Shown here piece by piece: positions 14,221 through 27,285 of a DNA stretch of 64,000 nt. The stretch lies in the NCBI GenBank assembly GCA_951406725.2, contig OX597830.1, positions 63,054,001-63,118,000 of the forward strand. Reading direction: 5' to 3'. The stretch comes from Octopus vulgaris. Lineage: Eukaryota. Numbering within the stretch: position 1 is the stretch's first letter; each line of letters begins with the position of its first letter. The translations under genes and the position numbers were made by a program. The notes beneath the pieces were generated by a model. That model ran no database searches and had not been told where the DNA came from. It worked only from the letters and a program-made list of their open reading frames with translations.

Positions 14221-14737
14221 CTAGCAGTATCGCCCGGCGTTGCTCGGGTTTGTAAGGGAAATAACTATATAAGCATTTCTAGAGAGTTACTTCCCTTATA
14301 GATGCCAATTCGGGCTTTCTTAGCCATTTCTGTTTTGGTGTCTTCAAGCCATGAAGTCGTTGTTCTAAAAGAACGCTGGTCTCCTTGACAACGCTTTACG
14401 ACGTTGATTTCCTTACACTCCCTTCCCCACAGCTTCACGAGGGAGGGAAGAAGGGGGAGAAGCAAACACAGGTGCAGGTGTTTGAGCGTGGACGCCAACT
14501 CCGCCGCCATCGACACACGAAAAATTATGCATTAAAATGGAATAAAAAATGATGTTAAATTATTTTTAAAATCGTAGACTCATTGTAGACGCGCGCTAAT
14601 AGCCAGACGGGCTCGATATGAATCACGACTATAAGATACCCGAATTTGGTTAAACTGCACCGCAAAATGTGGGAGTAGTTAGGAATCTAAATCGAAGGGG
14701 ACAGACACTCACACAACTACAGTTTTATATATATAGA
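14221..14737 (-). mobile_element. Non-autonomous Helitron
   Basis: Minus strand begins A|TCTATATATATAAAA and ends with hairpin CCCGAGCAACGCCGGG followed by CTAG|T; no TSD. Confidence 0.85.
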
Positions 14738-16708
14738 TATAGATATAAAGGAAGGGCATATTTTTGTGTTTCTATTGTCGCATTCTTTGTATATCGCTTC
14801 AGACACAATTATTCAATTTATTGTTCAAGGGGGTCTAATGGAATGTCTTGTTTGTTACTGCTACTGTTTATTTTATTATTATTATTTTTATCTCACTATA
14901 ATAATGCTATTCCACTACAAGCATCTGTCTCCTATCTCTCTCCCCCCTCCTTTCATTCACACATCAAACCCTCCCCCCACCTCTCTCTGTCTGTGTCGGC
15001 GTGTCTATTTATCTCCTCCTCCTCCTCCTCTCTCTGTCTCATTTCTATTCCATTCGGGATTAGGATATCGTCTTATCGCTCACATGATTCTCAATCATCT
15101 CCATCATCATCATCATCATCATCATTACAATAGTGTAAGCCACCAAAACTAAGACGTGCGAAAGAGGCCTGCTGTCTTCTCGAGCCCCTCTTATCTACCC
15201 CTCCTTCTTCTACGTCACCCACAAACAACTTAATCACACACGGGATTATTAAAATTACGAATGTCGATTGTGTAGTTTAAGTTCAGTTATCTTTTGTTAT
15301 ATTCGTGTATCTGTCGTGTAAACCCCTTTCTTCGTGTGTGTGTTGTATTTCGTTCCTTTATATTGTCTCCAATGTCCGGGGCCCTTCTAGTCAATAAAAG
15401 AAATTATTTGATAGAATTCGTAGAGCGTCGAACAAAAATGTTTAGCATTTCTCTCGGCTCTTTTTTGCGTTTTGAATTAAAATCCTGCTGAGGTCAACTT
15501 TGCTTTTCATCCCTCGAGAGTCGATAAAATAAAGTTTGGGGTTCGATGTAATCGACAAGCTTTCTTCACCAAAATTTCAACCCTTTTGTCTTTTATTAAA
15601 AACAGAATTTGTTATTAAAGTAGCGAGTTGGCAGAGTTACGTTTTGAGCTCAAATTCCGCCGGTGTCTACTTTACCTTTCATCCTTTCTGGGTCGATATG
15701 ATAAGTACCAGTTGTGCCGAAATTTGAAAAAAATATTGTTGTTGCTGTTTGTTTAATTATTAATTTATTAATTAGTCTTTGTCCTGTTTTATTTAACTAA
15801 AGAAGTCTTTTCAATTCAGCCTGTGATATTGTAGTACAAACCTACCTTCCTGTCTGTCTCATCCCACCCCTCTGTCCATCACCATACCTCACACTAGCTT
15901 CATTATTTGTTAAACACTTTCATCTCACTCAGTGGCCCTTTTTTACATTTAAGGCTTGTTACAATCCTTCTCCCCGCCAAATTTTCCTTTTCCTTTCAAA
16001 TTGGAGTTAAGTTACAGGTTTTTGTTTGTTTTTAATTTAGCGGATTACACACACTATACATATATACAACACACACACACACACACACACGATATTGTGA
16101 GAGGTGTCAAGTAAAGCAGGCTCATATCTGCCTTTAACTTTAAGCCTCTTAGGTGAGAGTTCCCTAACCCCCAATGGTTAGAAGTGTCACTGGTGTTACC
16201 CTCATATTGTTCATTGTTTGCAAATGCACTTGAATTTTCTCTCCCTTCAAACAATACCCACGAAAATATTCAAATTGCATTTCTATATGGTTGTTCCACC
16301 TGCTAAAAATAGTGCTCAATTCTCTCTCAGTTTATGGACTCCACTCATGGCTGTGTGTTATAATTAAGAACTATGCTTAGTACAGTAATTTTTTTTGCTT
16401 TGTCTTCTACTGCAGCCTCATGTTGCCCAAAGCCTTGTGAGTGAAACTAGATAAGCAGAAATCACGGAAATTCGTTGTAGAGTCAGCTCTTGTGTCTTTG
16501 TTGTTTGCAATTGATTTAATCCTCTACCATTTTAACCACCAACTAAACCCTTCAGTGTTTTTAGGAGAATTGGGTTAGGTGTCTGGTCTGAGAATATTTC
16601 CTGCCTTCCATTAGACATATGTCTTGTAAAAAGATCATGGACACGGTGCTTCTATCTCAAGGTTATTTAAAAAGATAAAATTCAAACCTTACATCTTAAT
16701 GGTTAGGA

Positions 16709-16831
16709 CAGTGTTTCTTAACCTTTTTACCCTTGCGTAACCCTTAAATTGCATATCTCAACCCCTGCACAAAAAAATAGTATAAAAAAATTATATACCA
16801 TATCTTTCTCATCATAGTTCACATGGTAAAT

Positions 16832-16869
<38 letters not shown>

Positions 16870-17094
16870 ATGTCCATAAATTATAGATATCACTAAATAT
16901 ATTCCCAATGGTTGTAATATTTTTTTGATAACATAGGTTAGATAGGACGATGTCTATATTACAATATTACAATAACCAATAATGTGTTGTGCATGAATAG
17001 TAATATTATAATCATGAAATTAGCATTAGCTTATCTCACTCTTTCTCACAGAACCCCATGGAACCTTTTGTGGAACCCCGGTTGAGAAATGCTG
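16709..17094. mobile_element. hAT (Charlie-like) MITE
   Basis: TIRs CAGTGTTTCTTAACC / GGTTGAGAAATGCTG and a partly conserved GGTTA... 8-bp flank on both sides. Confidence 0.7.
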
Positions 17095-18099
17095 GGTTAC
17101 AGTGTTACACTCACAAGATTATAGTGCCAATTCCCAGACTAAGTGATGCACTGTGTTCTTGGGCAAAATCCTACATTTCACATTTCTCCAGTCCACTATA
17201 AATGAGTGACCCTGGAATGGACTATGATCCTATTCAAGAGGAATGGTGCTACCCCAGTCATTTATGCACTTTAGAAACCAGGTAACTTGCCCCGTTAGTC
17301 CTAAGATTCCTGACAGCAATGTAAAATGTCCTACCATCTTAGAAAAAGAGGACATATTGGTCAATCTGGTCAAGCGTTCACACTATTACCTTGGACAATA
17401 CTTGTGCTTGTGGCAGCATTCACCTGAGATGGTTTCAACTAATGAGTTTACCATGTCCTTCACAAATGCTGACTACATCTGATAGTTGGCTGCAATAAAG
17501 GCTGTAATGGATACCCACTCTTGGTTCTACTGCCAAAGATCATAGATACTGGGACCTGATTGTGCTTCCATGTCTGCTTTTACTGTTACCAATCACATCT
17601 TCAATTGTCCTTTAGCTCATTTGTGCCAGCCTGGGAGGGCAGCTGAGGTGACCACATTGTGAATGACTTCCTCCAGAAGCTAATGTAGAGTATAGCCAAG
17701 TCACCTTAGAAGTCTTGAGAGTCGAACTTATTGCAGAGAATTGATGCAACAGTGTTGTCATATTTCAGGGTTCGATATGAAGTCCAATGGACAAACACGA
17801 GGAATTCAACATAGGCTTGGAGAATAGGATCGTCGTGGTTGGGATGTGCCTGATCATGTCATCAGTCAGGGTTGACCTGGATCCAAACAACAACCACCTA
17901 ACAAAATCTCTACACAATTTCAGAGCTGCTATCATTTGGAGTGATAAACACTATCATCCTGTGGTATCTACTTACAGTTAGGTGGACTGGGCTGTTGTAA
18001 AAGTGTTGGGAGACTTGGGTACAGTACAGATACAACACAGTTGTCTATGGCTAGAGGTTTTTTTTTTTAAATATTACTTGCAGGGTCTGAAGGAAAGCA

Positions 18100-18900
18100 A
18101 TTCTCATGTCCTTCAGAGGTCCCTCTAGACAAGTGAGAACTGAGCTATTAATATTCTTCTTGAATATTTGTAAGTCAACAGTTGTGGGAAAGCCATGAAC
18201 CAGGAGGAAATTCTAGAGGGCTGATGTCCTGGGGAGGAAGGACTGGATATAGTTATTAGTGAGGGACTTGATGGGGTTGCAGACAAGTGAAGAGAGAAGG
18301 AGAGGTGAATGAGATGGAAATGCTTGTGAGTTGGGGTTAGCATGGGCCCATCCAGCTCCAAGGAGCAGCAAGTGGTGCATTTTGTTTAGTGATACATCAT
18401 AGTACCCTTGTGGCTGGTATTGTTTCTCATTACTACACACGTTCCCTCCAAGCACTACTGTAAATGGCAGAAGTGAGCTAGAATGTTAAAACTTTAGTTT
18501 GCATGCACAGCAGAGTCCAAGGTCAATCTGTACCAAACGGCTTCACTCTGTGTGCTTTGACTTCATTACTATGGCAACAGCCCAGACACTTACTGATCAG
18601 ACCTTGTATATTGGCAAACGGTCTTTGAGGGATACCATTTTCTGCACTAACAAATTCTGCCTCTTTTATATTCCAGTGCATATTACCGTTATTATTTCCA
18701 GTGTGTTTATATTGGTGTCTACCCAGGTCAGTCTTGGCTGCATCTCCAGATTTAACTCCTGATTCTCCAAATCTTTATCTTCTCAAGGAATGTTCCATTT
18801 GGAGGGGATTAGTCACTGAACAGTTCCGAGTAATCAGTTGTACACTTATAGGTGTTCCAAACATGACCATCCATTGTTATTGTACAGCTAGGCTTACCTT
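18100..18900 (-). mobile_element. Decayed CR1/L2-clade LINE 3' fragment
   Basis: Minus-strand YIQSFLPRTSAL...FPTTVDLQIFKKNINS-like C-terminal motif. Confidence 0.6.
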
Positions 18901-19008
18901 GTGTGCATAGTTATCGTGGTTGTTTGATAAATAGGTTTGTTTTACAGTCTCATGGAGTTCTGGTTTAGTCCCGCAGCACAGCAGTATGTTAGGCAAGTTT
19001 TTTTCCTA

Positions 19009-19596
19009 TCATAATCTTATATTGATCCATGTCCTGTGGGTGAATCCAGACAAGGAACTATGTGGAAGCCAGTCAGATGAAGTAGTAATCCTTAATCTTG
19101 GCTGATCTCATTTAACACTCTCACCAATCCTTTTTGTAGGGTCCATTCTGTTGCAAACATTTGGGGAGCGCAGTGACTCTGGTCTAAGGACAGTTTTTGA
19201 GAGTTGGTTTCTTCCTACCCCCACTACCAATCCAGTCTTGGAGACCCTGTAAAGAAGGAAGATTGGCAGCCATGAACCTTTATGGGTCATGGATGCTAAT
19301 TCTCATAATCTTATATTGATCCATGTCCTGTGGGTGAATCCAGACAAGGAACTATGTGGAAGCCTGTCAGATGAAGTAGTAATCCTTAATCTTGGCTGAT
19401 CTCATTTAACACTCTCACCAATCCTTTTTGTAGGGTCCATTCTGTTGCAAACATTTGGGGAGCGCAGTGACTCTGGTCTAAGGACAGTTTTTGAGAGATG
19501 GTTTCTTCCTACCCCCACTACCAATCCAGTCTTGGAGACCCTGTAAAGAAGGAAGATTGGCAGCCATGAACCTTTATGGGTCATGGATGCTAATTC
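19009..19596. repeat. 294-bp tandem duplication (2 copies)
   Basis: 19009-19302 and 19303-19596 differ at two positions that I can see. Confidence 0.95.
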
Positions 19597-21978
19597 TTTT
19601 TTGGCTCGGATCATAAAAATTCATAAAAGATTGGGTGACTTCTTAGGGGACCTTCCTCCCCACAACAGTCCCCACTTGTTATGTAAGTGGTCTGTGGATG
19701 TGATACCTCTTTGTAGGAATATGAAATGGACTTTCAATTTGTTAAATACTTGACACTCAAAATAGCTCAAGTGGGTTTTTTCACTTTTGTGCATCATAGA
19801 AATCTGTTGAATTTTTAAAATTTTTCATTCATGCATTAAAACAAAAAAACAAAACAAGCTCCTGTGACTAGTTTTCTGTCATATTTGACTATATTTAACA
19901 TGATTTTTGATAACTCTTAATTAACTAATTGTAATTCGATATTAATTTTGGTGGCCTTCATAGTAAGAACTTTTATCATTGCAATTTTAATGTTGGTGCT
20001 GTTCTAAATAAGGACAGCGGCTCTTGCTTACATTGTCTGGTGAATGTGTGTTGGTGTTCTCCCTAAGACACTCCCATGCAGACAGACAGGCAAACACCTT
20101 CATCAGTTCTGACTGCTTTATTAAAACAATGTTGGGTTTGTGTATGTGTGTTGCTGGTTTATGATGGTTGTGTGATTAAGGAGTTTGCTTCCCAACTGCT
20201 TGCTTTGGGTTTCAGGTTCAATCTCGCTGCATGACATCATGGGCCAGTCTCGTCTACCTTATCTTTGGGCAGACCAGCACCTTATAAGTGGAAACGAAAA
20301 GAAGCTCTGTGTGTGTGTGTTTGTGCGTGTATGTTTGTATCACCTTGTCTTGACATTGTGTGATGGTCGTAATGAGCGTCACCATCAAACAAGTTCTCTT
20401 TTATGACCGGTCTTCCGTGACAACGCATCAGACTATAAGAAATTATTCAAAATATATTACATTGCTTGGAAATGGCTGATGACAGGAACAACATCCAGTT
20501 ACTGAAAATCTTCAACAAACTTCACCCAACCCATGCACACATGGAAAATCATCTTTTACTGTCCATGTTCCATGATAGTGTTGATTGGATGGTTTGACAG
20601 GATCCAGTAGGTCCAGAAACTGCACCATCCTCTGGTGTCTGCTTTGGCTTGATTTCTATGGACAAATGCCTTTCTAATGCCAACTGCTTTTCAGAGTGTA
20701 CAGGGTAGGTTTTTTTTTTCCTACCAGCACCAGTGAGGTCACCATTCAACTTGAAATTACTGAACCCTGAAGTTGATGTATGTGTGGGGGCAGGCAGCTT
20801 TATGCTAAGAGATGAGGGGTTAAAGTATGATGGAAGGGACCAAGCCAGAGCAGAAAAGATTTCTTATTGTAGAGGAGCTACACGACTAATTACAAATGGA
20901 CATTAAAACAGTGTTAATGTTTTGTACATGAACATTCCAAATGGAAATTGTGGCTATTCATTAATTTTTGTTGCAGTCACTGGTGTTATAATTTGTGAAG
21001 TCTAACAAGCTGTGTTGTGTTAATTAAAACATTGCTTGTTATAATTGTCTCTATTCTTGCACAAAACAGAATCTGAGGTTACTGCACATATTTCATATTA
21101 GTAGGTATTTTTTTTTTCTTATTAATTTTAGTTTAATGACTAAGTTTGGTATTATTGTTCGGAAATTGGCTGCCATGATATTTTTCTAGTGACTAATTCT
21201 TTGATGACATTAGATTTATCTATTTCATTGTAAAAATCACAATCCGAATTGTGGCCGAAGCCAGTGCCACCTCGACTGGCTTCTGTGCTGGTGGCACGTA
21301 AAATGCACCAATCCGACCGTGGCCGTTGCCAGCCTTGCCTGGCACCTGTGCGGGTGGCACGTAAAAAGCACCCACTACACTCACAGAGTGGTTGGCATTA
21401 GGAAGGGCATCCAGCTGTAGAAACATTGCCAGATAAGACTGGAGCCTGGTGCAGCCTTCTGGCTTCCCAGATCCCCGGTCGAACCGTCCAACCCATGCTA
21501 GCATGGAGAACGGACGTTAAACGATGATGATGATGATTGTAAAGCATCAGAAATCGACGGGTTATTGTTCATGATGATGATCATTATCATCAACATCCAT
21601 TTTCCATGCTGTCATGAGTTGGACAGTTTGACAAACTGGCAAGGCCAGGTTCCACACTGGGTTCCATAATCTGTTTTGGCATGGTTTCTACAGTTGGAAG
21701 CCCTTCCTATTGCCAACCACTTTACAGAGTGTACTTGGTGCTTTTAATGTGGCACCGTCACCAGTGCTTTTTTGTGTGACACCAAAAATTCGTGGATCAT
21801 TAAATGGTATTTTGGGACTGGGTTTTCTACAAATGCCCTTCTTGTTGTGCCCACCCTGGTTTCCAAGCAAGATAATAATCTTCAAGTCTACTGAACAGCA
21901 AACAGTCTGGACTTGTTTACATGGAGGACTAGATACGAGCAACACTATGAATTAATTTTTTGTTTACAAAAATTGCAC

Positions 21979-22137
21979 GGAGTGGCTGTGTGGTAAGTAG
22001 CTTGCTTACCAACCATATGGTTCCGGGTTCAGTCCTACTGCATGGCATCTTGGGCAAGTGTCTTCTGCTATAGCATCAGGCTGACCAAAGCCTTGTGAGT
22101 GGATTTGGTAGACAGAAACTGAAAGAAGCCTGCCGTA

Positions 22138-22180
<43 letters not shown>

Positions 22181-22390
22181 ATATGTTTGTGTGTCTGTGT
22201 TTGTCCCTCTAGCATTGCTTGACAACCGATGCTGGTGTGTTTACGTCCCCGTCACATAGCGGTTCGGCAAAAGAGACCAATAGAATAAGTACTGGGCTTA
22301 CAAAGAATAAGTCCCGGGGTTGATTTGCTCGACTAAAGGCGGTGCTCCAGCATGGCCACAGTCAAATGACTGAAACAATTAAAAGAGTAA
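21979..22390 (+). repeat. tRNA-derived SINE, CpG-decayed copy; further copies at ~32563-32955, 44620-44980(-), 48617-48985, 50820-51195
   Basis: Same family as 6006-6396. Confidence 0.9.
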
Positions 22391-22610
22391 TGTCATGGTA
22401 TGCTGAGAATTCCAGCCATGCTTTCAAGGATTGCAAAAAGAATCAAATCATCAATGAGACCATTGTTTATAACCAGGAAACACATGTGGAAATGAGGGAA
22501 ATAAATACTCATGCATGCACGCGTGCACACACGCTAGGAAGGCATCCAGCCATTTGCCCCAATTCTCATCTGCATGGAAAAGTAGATGTTTAAATGATGA
22601 GGATTTTATT

Positions 22611-22645
<35 letters not shown>

Positions 22646-24427
22646 GCTATTATGTAGAAGTGTTGTAAGTCTAAAATATTGCTTTTCCAGAACAACGTAA
22701 AAAACAGTTTCGTCATTCTATAGCAAAACTGTTGTACTTAACACTTTGACAACTTTTGATATCTTAGCATCTGAAGCAGCTGGAGATACGATAGTTTGAC
22801 CAAAAGAACCGGCTATTGCAAGCAAAAATAAATATTGAGAAAAATGCATTTGACCAAATTTGGACATGCAACAGTTGCACCAATTCGATCGTGGCTGTTG
22901 CCAGCCTTGCCTGGCACCTGTGCAGGTGGCACGTAAAAAGCACCCACTACACTCATGGAGTGGTTGGTGTTAGGAAGGGCATCCAGCCGTAGAAACATTG
23001 CCAGATAAGACTGGAGCCTATTGCAGCCTTCTGGCTTCTCAGATCCCCGGTCAAACCGTCCAACCCATGCTAGCATGGAAAACGGACGTTAAACGACGAC
23101 GATGATGATATATATATATGGTAATAGGTTTGTACTATTCAAAGATCCTGGTATAGGAAGTTAGTAAGCTTCAAGCACATATACAGCTAGTACAGATAAC
23201 AAAAGGGGGACAGTATATAATAAAAACAGTTTATTAACATCATTAGTTACATATTTTGTCCCATATTGACATCAATGGAAATTTCGAAAAACTGACAGCC
23301 ACCATCCTACTCGTTACACACATACACACATACTGTTCTGGTGAGAGATAAATATTATTTGATAGATACATGTTTTATATGCTATTAATAGTTTCTTGTT
23401 ACTGCGAACATACCAAATAATGAATTATGACATGTGTAATATCTCTGCATAGTCATCAGGCACAAACCGCATAGCATATATATTACGATAGACTTCTTTT
23501 ATTTTTCGTCTACCAAATCCACTGAAGGTATTTGTCAGCTTGGGGTTATTATAGAAGACACTTGGCCAAAATACCACAGAGAGAGACTGGAGTGAAGACC
23601 ACATGGTTTGTCAGCAAGCTTAGTTGATGTCAGTTCTTGCATGAGACATTAACGAAGATCAACTCTATAGATGATGTCCATCACATGTAATTTTATAAAT
23701 TCTGACCACTCCCTACTCCTCTGACTAAAGAATGTCTGAAAATATTGACTCCAATGAAAGATGGTCCACAAATGGTTACTCATGAAGAAAAAGAAATCAT
23801 TGCTGATTTAATGGCATTATAAAACAAAAAAAAGATATGTTTCAGGAATTACTATGGTGCTACATCAACTTGTTTGTATTTCAAGAACAAAAATACTTCT
23901 TCTTTCATCACTAGGATTATATTCACATTTGATTTATATGGCTGTCATCATCATCATTGTTTAATGTCCACTTTCGCTGCTGGTATGGACGGTTTGATTG
24001 AAAACTGGCAAGCCAGAAAGCTGTACCAGGCTCCAATCTGATTTGGCAAAGTTTCTACAGCTGGATGCCCTTCCTAATGCCAACCACTCTGAGAGTGTAG
24101 TGGGTGCTTTTTATGTGCCACTAGCATGAGGGCCAGTCAGGCAGTACTGGCATCGACTACGCTTGAATGGTGCTTTTTACATACCACCGGCATGGGTGCC
24201 TGTCAGGCAGCACTGACATTGACCATGCTCGAATAGTACTTTTTATGTACCACCAACATGGGTGCTAGTCAGGCGACACTGGCAAAAAATTTCACTTTGC
24301 AACTATGCGGTTTTTGGTTCAGTCCCATCTCACAGCACCTCTACTATACTCCAAGCTAACCCATGCCTTGAGAATTAATTTGGTAGGCAGAAACTGTGTG
24401 GAAGCCCATAATGTGTGTGTGTGTACA

Positions 24428-25033
24428 CAGACATGACAAGTAAATAGACACCCTTATTATTGTTAAAAATTATTTAAATCTGAAATTATACATTCAAGTT
24501 ATTTTTTGTTATAATGTGAATATCTAATATTCAGTAGATGTGCTCTTTGCATTTTTCAATGCAAGGACCCAATTAGGCATACTACTGGTCAGATGATGTA
24601 TATTCTCTTGAATTTCCTGCCAAGTTTCATGCAGTAATCTTTGAGCATGCTTTCTTGTCCTTTTTACAAAGTGTCCTGTCCATTATGCTCCAGAGATGTT
24701 CAATCTTCTGTCAGAGGGCTCTGGTTGATCTGGGTGAGGTAATGTGGACTCCTCCTCTTTGGTGAATTGCACAATCACACTATTAACTGTAGAAAGTGGG
24801 ATTTCAAGGTTTTCTGTGATTTTATGCTAAGTCCACCTTCAAATTGACCCACAATATGGCCTCTTTGAAATTCAGACTGTTTCAAGGCTTCTTTTGTATG
24901 TGGAACGATTAAACAGTCACATATAGTACCTGAAACATAAAAATGTTAATTAATAAGAAATATAAACCTTTTCAAGTTAAAATAAATATAAAACAATGTT
25001 TTATAGGGTGTCTATTTACTTCTATCATGCCTG
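24428..25033 (-). mobile_element. Internally deleted Tc1-like element inserted in the (TG)n middle of a SINE
   Basis: TIRs CAGACATGACAAGTAAATAGACACCC / GGGTGTCTATTTACTTCTATCATGCCTG-TA and a remnant SEFQRGHIVG N-terminus. The SINE sequence resumes after 25035. Confidence 0.8.
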
Positions 25034-25189
25034 TATGTTTGTCCCCTGCTCTGACCACTAGTATTGGTTTGTTTGTGTCCCTGTAACTTAGTGGTTCAGC
25101 AAAGGATACTGATAGAATAAGCACCAAACTTTAAGAGCAAATACTGGGGGCAATTTTTTTGAGACTGAGACCTTTGGAAGTATGCTGTG

Positions 25190-25741
25190 CGTGGGAAGAC
25201 CCGGCAGGACAAGTGAGACCATAACCCGTGGCCTCTACCTGGGACGTAGCCAGCCCACTTATGTATACCTTTCCTTCTTGTGACACAAACACCCTACTTG
25301 TGAAGACCCGTTGAGGCAAGTGAAAATCAAAAATCAAAATCAAAATCGTTCAACATCAATGGAAATTGTAGCTGTGGTACCAGTGCCGGCGGCACGTAAG
25401 AGAACCATCCGAACATGGCCGTTGCCAGCGCTGACCCGAATGGCCTCTGTGCCGGTGGCACGTAAAAAGCACCATCCGATTGTGGCCGTTGCCAGCCTCG
25501 TCTGGCCCCCGTGCTGGTGGCATGTAAAAAGCACCACCCAATCGTGGCCGTTTTGCCAGCCTTGTCTGGCACATAAAAAGCACCCACTATACTCTCGGAG
25601 TGGTTGGCATTAGGAAGGGCATCCAGCTGTAGAAACATTGCCAGATCAGACTGGGCCTGGCGCAGCCTTCTGGCTTCCCAGACCCCAGTTGAACCGTCCA
25701 ACCCATGCTAGCATGGAAAATGGACGTTAAACGATGATGAT
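25190..25741 (+). mobile_element. RTE LINE 3' end (last codons plus 3' UTR with tandem subunits and (GAT)n tail)
   Basis: YAVR.KTRQDK*-like end followed by several ggcacgtaaaaagcacc units. Confidence 0.75.
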
Positions 25742-27081
25742 GTGTGAAAGGCTAGATCTGGCTGGTTTGAATATAAAACAGGATATTTGCTGGACATGAC
25801 TGGTTTAACCCTTTAGCATTCAGATTATTCTGTCAAATGTAATTCCTATTTATTCACATTGTTTTAAATTCATCGTACATTATCTCACAGTTTTGAGATT
25901 TCCAAGATGTGATTGCTTGTTTTTTAGAACGACATTGTAGGATAGGTGTGAGAGGCCAGCTCTGGATGGTTTGAACATAAAACATGTAGAATATTTTGGT
26001 TGGATGTAGCTAGTTTGATTTCTGAAGGGCAAAAGGATTGGTTTTGTTGTGCTACCATATTTGGGAAATTTGTGGGAGGCAGTCTATATAATGTCATCTG
26101 CTGCTATGTAAATAGGGCAGGTATGGCTTTTGGTGCCCTGTCATAGAGCCTGGCAGAAAACCTGTTTCTGAGATTTAATCCTTAAATCATCTGACTAGAG
26201 TCACTCTTTCCTTTCTCATCATCACCATCGTTTTGATGTCCTCTTTTCCATGCTTGCATGGGTCAGACGAAATTTGTTGAGGAAAATTTGGATGTCCTCC
26301 CTGTTGCCAGCACTCACCTGTTTCCAGTCAAGGTAAATATTTCACCATGGAAGGCAAGAAACAAACAACATTGCTCATATGATGATGATGATGATGTTCA
26401 TTTCCAATTATTGCATGATGTCAAGACCGGGACATGCACACACACACACAGTTTCTTTCAACCAAATCCACTCACAAGGCTTTGGTCAGCCTGGTGCTAT
26501 AGTAGAAAGCACTTGTCCAAGGTGCCACCCAGTAGGATTGAATCCCAAAACCATATGTTTGGAGAACAAGCTCAACCACACAGCCACACCTGTGCCTTTA
26601 ACCACACCTGTGCCTTTAACCACACCTGTACCTCTGTTGAAATTTAATTACGTAGAATAAAATCTTTATTAACACACTGCTACACCACTACCACCACCAC
26701 CACCACCTTAATGTTATGTTGGCTGAAGAAATGTTAGCTTTAAATAAGTTATTGCAGATGCTATGCTGTGTGTAACATGGCTATTTAAATCTCAGCTGAC
26801 TGTTTGTACAAGATCTATTCATGATGTAGCAGTTAAAGAATACATTCTTTATTCATCTTCTGAATAGAAGTTATTGGTTCATATATATGTTAGGAAAGAC
26901 AACTAGATTTGTGTTGATGTGGAATAGAAATGGCTGATATATGCTGGGTTAAAAGTTGCTTAGCTCATGATCAGCAATGACATGGAAGACCCATGGCCAA
27001 AGACATTCAAATCTTGGCTTTTTCTTTTCTTAACCCATTTGAGGCTGGTCTGAGTTCTGTGATACACATTTCCTACTTTAA

Positions 27082-27285
27082 CCCTTTCATTACCAACCTG
27101 GCTAAAACTGGCTCTGTAGTACAAATGTCTTGTTTTCATAAGTTTTGAATTAAAATCTTGGTCACAATTTTTGTTCCTAACACTAGCTGAATGATAACTA
27201 AGTTATTTTAGTAAATTCTTTGTTGTATTTAAAGTAATTGAAAGAAACACAGAGCATCTCAAAATAAAATACAGTAAAGAAAGGG
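27082..27285 (-). mobile_element. piggyBac-type TTAA MITE nested in a related MITE
   Basis: TTAA|CCCTTTC...GAAAGGG|TTAA; same family as 31437-31657 and 34451-34657. Confidence 0.85.
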
